DNA from: Eledone cirrhosa
Lineage: Eukaryota
Assembly (NCBI GenBank): GCA_964016885.1
Contig: OZ024747.1
Span: forward strand, 49,848,001-49,912,000
Direction: 5' to 3'
Length of the DNA stretch: 64,000 bases
Shown here piece by piece: positions 54,221 to 64,000 of the stretch. The translations under genes were made by a program, and so were the position numbers. The notes beneath the pieces were generated by a model that ran no database searches, was not told the DNA's origin, and saw only the letters and a list, made by a program, of their open reading frames with translations. Each line of letters starts with the position of its first letter. The stretch's first letter is position 1.

Positions 54221-54314
54221 ACTTTACTACGGCTCTCTTGGGCGACGGCCAGGCCGAGAGTTCTGGAACTCGCCGCGGTAGCGCCCCTTTATACGGCATA
54301 TAACATGTATATAA

Positions 54315-54615
54315 CATCATCATCATCATTTTACGTCCGCTTTTCCCTGCTTGCAAGGGTGGGACGGGAACTGATTCTGGCTTGATTTCTACAGCTGGAT
54401 GCCCTTCCTAACACCAACCTCATTTACAGTGTGGGCTGGGTACTTTTTTGCCATGGCACCTCCATGACCACTTTACAGTGGAATGATATGGACCCCTGTC
54501 CCTATCATCTCATTTCTACAGCTGAGTAAACTGGAGCAATGTGAAATAAAGTGTCTTGCTCAACACATCACCCGGTCTGAGAATTGAACTCACAACCTTT
54601 CGATTGCAAGGCCAA
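54315..54615 (-). mobile_element. composite SINE, 5'-truncated
   Basis: Matches 51374-51696. Confidence 0.8.
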
Positions 54616-54851
54616 TATATATGTATAAATATATATATGTGCATTAAAATACAACAAAACTTAAAACTAGAGACAATCTGACCTGAATGTAAGATTACAT
54701 AATTCGTTGAGTATCTTATTAAATTTAATAAAAAAATAAAAAATTATATATATATATATAATACTTATTGTTATTATATATATATATATAATAACAATAA
54801 TATATATATATATATAATAACAATAAGTATTATATATATATATATATAATT

Positions 54852-55017
54852 TGGATGAAAGGCAAAGTTAAAGGCAAAATGAAAGGCAAAGGATGAAAGG
54901 CAAAGTTAACCTCAAATCCCGCCGAGGTTAACTTTGCCTTTCATCCTTATGGGGTCGATAAAATAAAGTACCAGTAATGTACTGGGTAATTGCTGGCCTT
55001 GTGCCAAAAGTAGAAAC

Positions 55018-55021
<4 letters not shown>
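54852..55021 (+). mobile_element. Nin-type SINE with inverted, stuttered 5' end
   Basis: Repeated reverse-complement pieces (GAAAGGCAAA) precede the forward core. Confidence 0.72.
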
Positions 55022-55075
<54 letters not shown>

Positions 55076-55367
55076 ACAATAAGTATCGACAAGGTGTCAA
55101 ATTTTCATTAAGTTTATTCAGATGTGACGTGTGTTTTGCGATTGATCAGCTCAAGGTTCAATCTCTATCGATCGGGCCTGACTCTGGAATCAAAAGCTCA
55201 TCAGTCTTCTGTTAGCTTAATAACGGAATTCTGTCTGTTGAAGAAACAACACTACGCATGAGGCTGGCCCCCTGTATCATGGAAAGATAATCATTTTTGG
55301 GGAAAATATTGGATTTTTCCAAATTTAAAGGTTTATTAAGAACTTTCAATGCTTATTTTAGGTTTTG

Positions 55368-55425
55368 CCATCTGAAGAACTCAGGCTATCATAACTGATA
55401 GTCCTCAGTGAAATATGTATAACGG
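55368..55425 (+). ncRNA. minimal hammerhead ribozyme, slightly decayed
   Basis: ccat-CUGAAGA-act/agt,agg/cct,ctatca/tgatag-GAAA-tatgta-UA-acgg. Confidence 0.68.
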
Positions 55426-55489
55426 AGTTTTAAATAAACCCGAATCAACTGAATATAGCCTCCAATCTTTTATTAATATATATATATAT

Positions 55490-55703
55490 AGGAAAATGTT
55501 TAACCCCGATGGCAGAGCTCAAGTCGTTTCGACGGCTATTTCTGGACTCCAGAAATAGCCGTTAAAACGGCTTGAGATAGCTGTCAAAACAGCTTGAGCT
55601 CTGCCGTCGGGGTTAAATATTTTCCTATTACCCACTCTACTACCCTAAGTATTGAGTACTCTGGTGCGTTATGGTCCATCTGGTTCCTTACCACACTTCC
55701 TTC
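55490..55703. mobile_element. fold-back fragment of the 14212-15152 family
   Basis: Sequence identity to the family; inversion at ~55548. Confidence 0.8.
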
Positions 55704-55732
55704 ATTATATATATATATATATATATAATTCT

Positions 55733-56108
55733 TGGACCGGGTGATGTGTTGTTTCCTTGAACAAGACACTTTATTTCACATTGCTCCAGTTTACTCAGCT
55801 GTAGAAATGAGATGATAGGACTGGGGTCCCTATCATCCCACTGCAAAGTGGTCGTGGAGGTGCCACGCCAAAAAAGGACCCAGCCCACACTGTAAAGTGG
55901 ACGTGTAGGCACCATGGAAAAAAAGCACCCAGCACTCACTGTAAATGAGGTTAGTGTTAGGAAGGGCATCCAGCTGTAGAAATCAAGCCAGAATCAGTTG
56001 CCGTATGAGCAATACAAGGTCAGCCGACCGGACACTGCCCACAACAGGACAACCCGTCTAACCCAGGCTAGCGTGGAAGAACGGACGTAAAAAAATGATG
56101 ATGATGAT
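55733..56108 (+). mobile_element. composite SINE with longer RTE 3'UTR tail
   Basis: Central domain joined to sequence matching 2707-2981. Confidence 0.82.
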
Positions 56109-56689
56109 ATATATATAATAAAAAAAAAATTATGGCTCTACATGGCTGAATACAATAAAGGTCACTTGTATTCATGATTGTATTCTTTCGGTCATTACCC
56201 AAGATTCATGACCATAGGTAAGGGTTGGCACAAGAGCAAGAATGAGGGGCTCTTTCTACTGACATGGCTTTAAAAATGAGGCTGTTTGCATAATTGCAAA
56301 CGAATCAAATATTATTATTAATATTCGAAAAACTCAGATTACATTTATATATATATAAAGTACTACCCTACATATTTATAGTTATATCAAACATATATAA
56401 ATATTCTTATTACTATATATATGTGTGTAACCAATACATAAATATTATTTAATTCTGATTACTAAAATACTTAACAAGGAAATTAGGCCTACATTTCACA
56501 TCTTTTTCAGTCTCATTACCAGATTTAGGAACCTACATTTTACATCTGGCCCAAACCTATACTATCTTTAGGGACCTACATTTTACATCTGGGCCAGGCC
56601 TATTACCAGCTTTAGAGACCTACATTTCAAATTATACACTGGCCTAATGAAAAATCACCTTGAGTTTTTTCAATGGTTTGGCCCACTTT

Positions 56690-56870
56690 ATGACTTTACC
56701 CACAATTCATGACTTTACCCACAGTTCATGACTTTACCCACAATTCATGACTTTACCCACCATTTATGACTTTACCTACAATTCATAACTTTACCCACAA
56801 TTCATGGCTTTACCTACCCATTTACCCACAGTTCATGACTTTACCCACAAATTTACCCACAATTCATGAG
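56690..56870. repeat. 19-bp minisatellite ATGACTTTACCCACAATTC
   Basis: ~9 degenerate copies; ACCTACATTT repeats upstream. Confidence 0.88.
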
Positions 56871-57228
56871 TGTACCCATCATATTACCCATAAATATAAA
56901 CACACATAAACACAAGCAGACTTGGAGGTGGCCACACACATACATGTAATAACACTAACATCTGGAAAACCAATTAATATTTGTTCCTGCCACTTAGCTC
57001 CCTCAATGAAATAGGATTGTTAAATTTTGCTTTTTATCGTTCCAATGGAATGCAAAAAAAAAAATTGATTTTTAAAAAGTTAAATTAATCAATTCTATGC
57101 ATTTTCCCAATAAAAAACATCAATAAGTGGTGTAATAATTTTTGAAAGCCATAGAGAATTATAAAGAGTGTTTTGTAGATTTTGTTTTGTATTGAAATTT
57201 AATAGGCAGGGTGTGTATAATATATATA

Positions 57229-57683
57229 TACACACGACTGTGATCTCTGGCGTCACGTAGTAACATGACACACGACCGTGACCTCTGGCGTCACGCAGTA
57301 ACATGACACACGACCGTGACCTCTGGCGTCACGCAGTAACATGACACACGACCGTGACCTCTGGCGTCACGTAGTAACATGACACACGACCGTGACCTCT
57401 GGCCTCACGCAGTAACATGACACACGACCGTGACCTCTGGCGTCACGTAGTAACATGACACACGACCGTGACTTCTGGCGTCACGCAGTAACATGACACA
57501 CGACCGTGACCTCTGGCGTCATGCAGTAACATGACACACGACCGTGACCTCTGGCCTCACGCAGTAACATGACACACGACCGTGACCTCTGGCGTCACGC
57601 AGTAACATGACACACGACCGTGACCTCTGGCCTCACGCAGTAACATGACACACGACCGTGACCACTAGCCTCACGCAGTAACA
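57229..57683 (+). repeat. 38-bp tandem array derived from RTE coding sequence (~12 copies)
   Basis: Unit ATGACACACGACCGTGACCTCTGGCGTCACGCAGTAAC matches 2599-2636 at 36/38. Confidence 0.95.
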
Positions 57684-58025
57684 CAGAAAACTCGACCCCC
57701 CCCCACAGGAACAAGCCGAAGCTGAAGCATATAGACAATATGCCCCACACCCTCCCACTGCAAAGTGGTTGTGGAGGTGCCATGGCAAAAAAGCACCCAG
57801 CCCACACTGTAAAGTGGACGTGTAGGCGCTACTGAAAAAAAGCACCCAGCACTCACCGTAAATGAGGTTGGTGTTAGGAAGGGCATCCGGCTGTAGAAAT
57901 CAAACCAAAATCAGTTCCTGTATGAGCAAGACAATGTCAGCCGACTGGACACTGCCCACAACAGGACAACCCGTCTAACCCATGCTAGCGTGGAAGAATG
58001 GAAGTAAAACGATGATGATGATGAT
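57684..58025 (+). mobile_element. RTE 3' end continuing from the 38-bp array
   Basis: Matches 2637-2981. Confidence 0.88.
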
Positions 58026-58431
58026 TGTTGATATTTAAATATGATAGACAGGGTGTATAGAATATATATAGTGTTGTATAGAATATATATAGAATATATA
58101 TATATTGTTGATATTTGTTTCTACTTTTGGCACAAGGCCAGCAAATACCCAGTGTATTACTGGTTGATATTGAAATATAATAGGCAGAGTATATAGATTA
58201 TATATATTGTTGATATTGAAATATAATAAGCAGGGTATATAGCATATATATATATATTGTCTTTTCTACTGAAATATAGTATTTAAAATATATATATTGC
58301 TGCCATTGATGTATGAAAGAAACCATGTGAAACAAAGGGTTGAGAGAACACTTGAGTTTTGTGAAGTGTATGACAACCTTCCTAGTGCTGGGACACACAG
58401 ATAGACACACGCACACACATACACACACACG

Positions 58432-59463
<1,032 letters not shown>

Positions 59464-59464
59464 G

Positions 59465-59508
<44 letters not shown>

Positions 59509-59812
59509 CCTGCCATAGAACCACATTGGCATACGGTTGGATAATACATGTGTCCCTATATGCATTTTTTGCACGTAGGAAAACATAGTTTATTATTATT
59601 AATCTCTCCTAAGGTCGAGATAACATTTTGGTCGTTTTAACTGCTGCTATTTCTAGTGGCAGGACATTGACCTTTCCGCCCTTGCCTTCTATCTTTACAC
59701 ACGGCACTAGACAAGATTGTTTCTTTATCATACACTCTCATCCGGGAACAGTTCTGTATGGCGCCAGTTCGTGATTTGAACACGGGAATTTTATATTCTC
59801 CGAGCGAGAAGA

Positions 59813-59896
59813 ACCCTCTGACGAGAGTCTCCTTCTCAATGGTGTTCCGCATGGATTATCCATTTATTTTGAGACTTGAAACCGCGCGGTAAGGGT
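59813..59896 (+). ncRNA. type I hammerhead ribozyme
   Basis: accct-CUGACGA-gagtctc/gagactt-GAAA-ccgcgcgg-UA-agggt. Confidence 0.88.
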
Positions 59897-59963
59897 AAAT
59901 ATAGTAGGTACAGTAAACTTTAAAAGAAATTTTAAAAACTTTTTCTCTATTTGCTAAACCTTG

Positions 59964-60038
<75 letters not shown>

Positions 60039-60040
<2 letters not shown>

Positions 60041-60330
60041 AAAGTTATATTTAAATTGTTGGGTTACAACTAGTAAATATTTATAACTGATATAAAAGCA
60101 CTCAACAAGTATTTGGAGTATATTTACGATATTAAATAAATGGAAACTATATTTATAAAACCATATCTATTTCATTATATATATTTCAGGGATATCATAT
60201 TAACAATATGTTATGCCTTCCTCAGACAAAATACAATATAGACAGTTTTATAGATAAATAGATTTGACATACCGTTCAACATCGACTTGTATTTGAAAAA
60301 GTTGATTTGGCAGTTGATTTGATATGTATA
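60039..60330 (-). mobile_element. solo pLTR of the 37630-39741 PLE family
   Basis: Matches 37630-37753 and the reverse complement of 39555-39741. Confidence 0.82.
60168..60233 (-). ncRNA. minimal hammerhead ribozyme
   Basis: tattttgt-CUGAGGA-stem II-GAAA-tatata-UA-atgaaata. Confidence 0.72.
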
Positions 60331-60404
60331 TATAGGTAGAGTATCTTTTGTGTTTGTTTTCATTGCTGTTCTAATACTGGGCCCAAGCAAAACCTACAGT
60401 CAGT

Positions 60405-60792
60405 AGGCACCTCTTAACCAAATATACACCTCAAACCGCTATCGTTACTCCACGACCCCTACTCCCACCAACACCACCCTCTCTCTGGAAAGTTATCTTG
60501 GTACCACAACATCTAGTCCAAAATAAATGAGGTTGTGTAGGTGTCACGACAAAAAAAAAAAAACAGTCCACGCTGTAATGTGGCCGTGTAGGTAACACGG
60601 TAAAAACCTCCAAGTCCACACTGTAAATGTGGTTGGTGTTAGGAAGGGCATCCAGCCGTAGAAAACCTGCCAGACAGTCCTATACAAGTGAGACACGATC
60701 ACCCGACCAATCTTGCCTCAACTGGGACAATTCCCGTCTAAATCCATGCTAGCATGGAAGATAGATGTTAAACGATGATGATGATGATAATG
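60405..60792 (+). mobile_element. RTE 3' end (subfamily B)
   Basis: Matches 31558-31934; (GAT)n tail. Confidence 0.8.
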
Positions 60793-60934
60793 ATATATAT
60801 ATATTTATATATAAATTCAGCGAGAATCGTATTTTGGCTGGTAGAAAAAGCGAAACGAAACGCAAAATCGTAGAAATACTGGCAAGCGCTCCAATAGTTA
60901 AGAAAACTAGAGCTAAACAATATGTTAAAACGCC

Positions 60935-61005
<71 letters not shown>

Positions 61006-61169
61006 GAGAGGAAAAAGATTTTTCAGTCAGTCAACCAACAGAGAACGAAGGACAAACACGGACAGAGATATGAACTCTCCTCTCTAAATATGTATGTAAA
61101 AACTAATCATTTTTCTTCCCCTTTTTATTATTCGTATAAATATGCAACATAACTATATTATGCATATCC

Positions 61170-61207
61170 GTAGTTGAAAAAGCATATAATGCTGAAACCG
61201 GTACTGT
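61170..61207 (+). ncRNA. minimal hammerhead, U3-A8 covariant core
   Basis: gtag-UUGAAAA-agcat/atgct-GAAA-ccgg-UA-ctgt. Confidence 0.72.
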
Positions 61208-61353
61208 TATTAAATGCGGAAATATCCACTTTATAAATAAATGTTTTGATATGATCCTGAAAGAATCTCTTTAGCATTTTCTACTGAAAAAATCTTTTTC
61301 CTCTCTACTATTTGTTTTTATATATATCAACTCGTGTGTTACTTTTCTACATT

Positions 61354-61402
<49 letters not shown>

Positions 61403-61431
61403 ATCAAAAGATGGTTAAAAGAGTTCCATGT

Positions 61432-61500
61432 ATTTTATTATGCGCATTTCAAAAACAAATATCATCATGCAATAATATTTGTGTTTTCATCAGATAAAAT
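61432..61500 (-). ncRNA. minimal type I hammerhead ribozyme
   Basis: attttat-CUGAUGA-stem II-GAAA-tgcgca-UA-ataaaat; perfect 7-bp stem I. Confidence 0.85.
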
Positions 61501-61620
61501 AGGAAGACATGATATGAAGGTTAAAAAACACTTGTGAATAGTGCAGTTTTAAATCAACATATGTTGATTTAAAACTGCACTATTCACAAATGTTTTTTAA
61601 CCTTCATATCATGTCTTCCT

Positions 61621-61689
61621 ATTTTATCTGATGAAAACACAAATATTATTGCATGATGATATTTGTTTTTGAAATGCGCATAATAAGAT
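61621..61689 (+). ncRNA. minimal type I hammerhead ribozyme (mirror copy)
   Basis: Same fold, with one G-U pair in stem I. Confidence 0.82.
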
Positions 61690-61813
61690 ACATGGAACTC
61701 TTTTAACCATCTTTTGATCTTATATATTATGTATACACCAGTCCTACAAATTGTAGAGTGCTTCTTATCCGATATCTGCATTGCTTTATTGTACTACAAT
61801 AAAACTCACCTCC

Positions 61814-61864
<51 letters not shown>

Positions 61865-61959
61865 CATATCTCTATACCCACTCTGAGGTATAGAAATATG
61901 TGGGATTTGAATTCTAAATGTACAGAGTCAGATTAGATACAGCATACCATCTTTAACAG

Positions 61960-62480
61960 GGTCTTCAGTTCATCATTAAAAGGCTGTGAGTTCAATTTCT
62001 GGCTGCACATTGTGTCCTTGAGCAAGGCACTTTATTTCATGCTGCTTCTGTCTTCTTAGCTGGTAAAAAGGAGTTGTACATGTAATTGAAAGAGCCAGAC
62101 TTGCCATACAGTGTGTCATGGTTAATCTCCCTGAGAACTACATTAAAAGTGCACATGTCTATGGTATGCTCAACCAGGATTGGATTTAGATCTTGAGGGG
62201 CCTGGGGCTCATACACAAACATTAGAATACACAATAAACCCCCCAAATTTTACATATCAAAGTTAGTTTGGCACAAGTAATTGGAATTGAAAAGTTATAC
62301 ATACAGTTGAAACATTCTAACCATCCTAAAACTAAAAAGCCTAACTGAGGGCACAAATAAATTGCTATGACCATCGCTGCTGGGACCCCCTCATGGCAGG
62401 GGACCCAAGGCAATTGTTCCCTTTGCCCCCATTAAATCTGGCCCTGTGCTCAACCCCTTGCATGTTAATTTCCGCAACAA
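61960..62480 (+). mobile_element. old tRNA-derived SINE interrupted by a MITE
   Basis: GAGTTCAATTTC B-box and TTGTGTCCTTGAGCAAGGCACTTTA domain. Confidence 0.55.
62175..62446. mobile_element. hAT-type MITE
   Basis: TIR CAGGATTGGATTTA...TAAATCTGGCCCTG; perfect 8-bp TSD TGCTCAAC (62167-62174 and 62447-62454). Confidence 0.85.
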
Positions 62481-62514
62481 GAACCAGAACACACATTATT
62501 AGAACCAACAGAAG

Positions 62515-62728
62515 AGGGGTAGATTGGCAGCATCCATAGGGAGTCGGACACCATGCTTTGCAGCATAGAGTTACGGTCCTTTGCGGTCTGAGTTCAAATC
62601 CTGCCGAGGTTAACTTTGCCTTTCATCCTTACGGGGTCGGTAAAATAAAGCACCAGTAACATACTGGGGTTGATTTAATCGACTTTCCCCTCCTGCCAAA
62701 TTGCTGGCCTTGTGCCTATACTAGAAAT
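62515..62728 (+). mobile_element. Nin-type SINE with 21-bp TSD
   Basis: TSD CATTATTAGAACCAACAGAAG at 62494-62514 and 62729-62749. Confidence 0.9.
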
Positions 62729-62759
62729 CATTATTAGAACCAACAGAAGTCCAATGTTT

Positions 62760-62918
62760 AAATAATTGTTTCTAACAGAGGCCAGCATTTTATTTGATCA
62801 ACCTTAGAAAGATGAAAGGTTAAGCTGCTCTTGGAAGGATATGAACTCAAAACATGAAGAGCCATAAATAAATGCAAACCATTTTGTTTGATGCTAAAAC
62901 GATTCTGCCAATCCACCA
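62760..62918 (-). mobile_element. degenerate Nin-type SINE
   Basis: GATGAAAGG and CTGCCAATCCACC remnants. Confidence 0.5.
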
Positions 62919-62939
62919 ACTTAAGTAGAAAAAGTATAA

Positions 62940-63184
62940 AGTCTGTCTAAAGCCCAGAAGCTCCTCAGGCTGATGCTTATACTGGTTTCCATGGCGTGAA
63001 GGAACTGAGAGTACAAGACTACCCCCTGGACTGGATGCCAATCCATTGCAGGGTTAAACCCCCAGCTAATGCTGCTGGTACTCATTTTCTGTTGAGTATA
63101 TTGGAGCAACGTGAATCCAGGAATCGAACCCATGACATTATGATTGTAAGTCCAACACCCTTACCACTAGGCCATGCATCTCCA
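62940..63184 (-). mobile_element. tRNA-derived SINE (different family)
   Basis: A-box TGGCCTAGTGG, B-box GGTTCGATTCC, then AACCCTGCAATGGATTGGCATCCAGTCCAGGGG. Confidence 0.7.
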
Positions 63185-64000
63185 CATCCACCACCTTAAA
63201 CATACATTTAAATAATAATATTTGAACAAACTCATCTTTATGAATCCTTAGGTGATATTGAAAATTAAAATCTTTCATTTACGGCATATTTAAATTCATT
63301 TAAAATATTCAATGTTTTAATAACTCTAATGGAAATTATAGAGTCTGTGAAAGACTGCAATAATGCTGGTGCCAGTACCATAATGTATGGATATAGTTTA
63401 TATTTGTTGTTGTTGTTGTTGTTGTTGCACATTGGTTTTAATAAGTTAAGTGTGTTTAGAAATTATATCACAATTTTTATTTCCTTTTAAAAAGACACAT
63501 GCACACACACATCATCATCATCATTATTTAACACCTGTTTTCCCTGCTAAAATGCATTTTATCATAGCACCAACACTAAGGAGGTTGTTGTTCCCTTGAC
63601 ACAACTGAAGAGTCCTCTCAGCCATTTAGAGAAACTGAAGAGCTTCAATTGCTTTCAAGTATTGAAATGCTTCCTATAGGGTTGGGTGTAGGCCTATGAC
63701 TAATGTAACCTTTGCTTGCCAAATGTTCCAAGCATCATCCAACCTGGGAAATATGGTAAACCTCATCATTTTTGACAGGTACTATAATTATTGAGAATTA
63801 ATCAGTCACTGTATATAAATTAATTAATTCTACTGTTGATCTATGAAACTAATTAAATGAGTTCAGGTGCTGCACATTAATTTGTTAGTCTCCCCCTTCT
63901 CCTCTTCTTGCTGTTGCTCATAATGGTGATGATAGTAATGATCACTGCTCATCGTCCTGCTCATCTTGAAAATGATGATGATGTATGATTCTCTGATGTC

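Larger units (their letters stand above)
61399..61817. mobile_element. spacerless palindromic HHR element
   Basis: Arms ~160 bp, centred at 61560/61561, plus ~95-bp tail. Confidence 0.85.

Noticed and set aside
63200-64000. Host gene exon
   Set aside because: No ORF or splice-supported coding signal is recognisable; small exons cannot be excluded anywhere in the window.

Overview
AT-rich, microsatellite-dense animal genomic DNA with no recognisable host exon. The RTE/Nin-SINE/Penelope repeat complement suggests a mollusc, probably an octopus; this is inference. Main components: (1) an RTE-clade LINE with an intact ORF (1-2670) carrying a PHD finger inside the RT, plus many RTE fragments and SINEs with RTE tails; (2) a ~13 kb array of a 35-bp satellite (17948-31069) whose monomer is collinear with RTE coding sequence and sits inside an RTE relic, and a second 38-bp RTE-derived array at 57.2 kb; (3) many Penelope-like element (PLE) pieces, including a near-full-length frameshifted copy (45424-49822). 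Folding by eye found about 16 well-formed type I hammerhead ribozyme (HHR) motifs from about 12 unrelated sequence families, plus degenerate ones. They include U3-A8 covariant cores, U4 variants and palindromic stem III forms. Most lie in short (TA)n-anchored elements, many of them asymmetric fold-backs. All folds and family calls are manual and need computational and biochemical confirmation.
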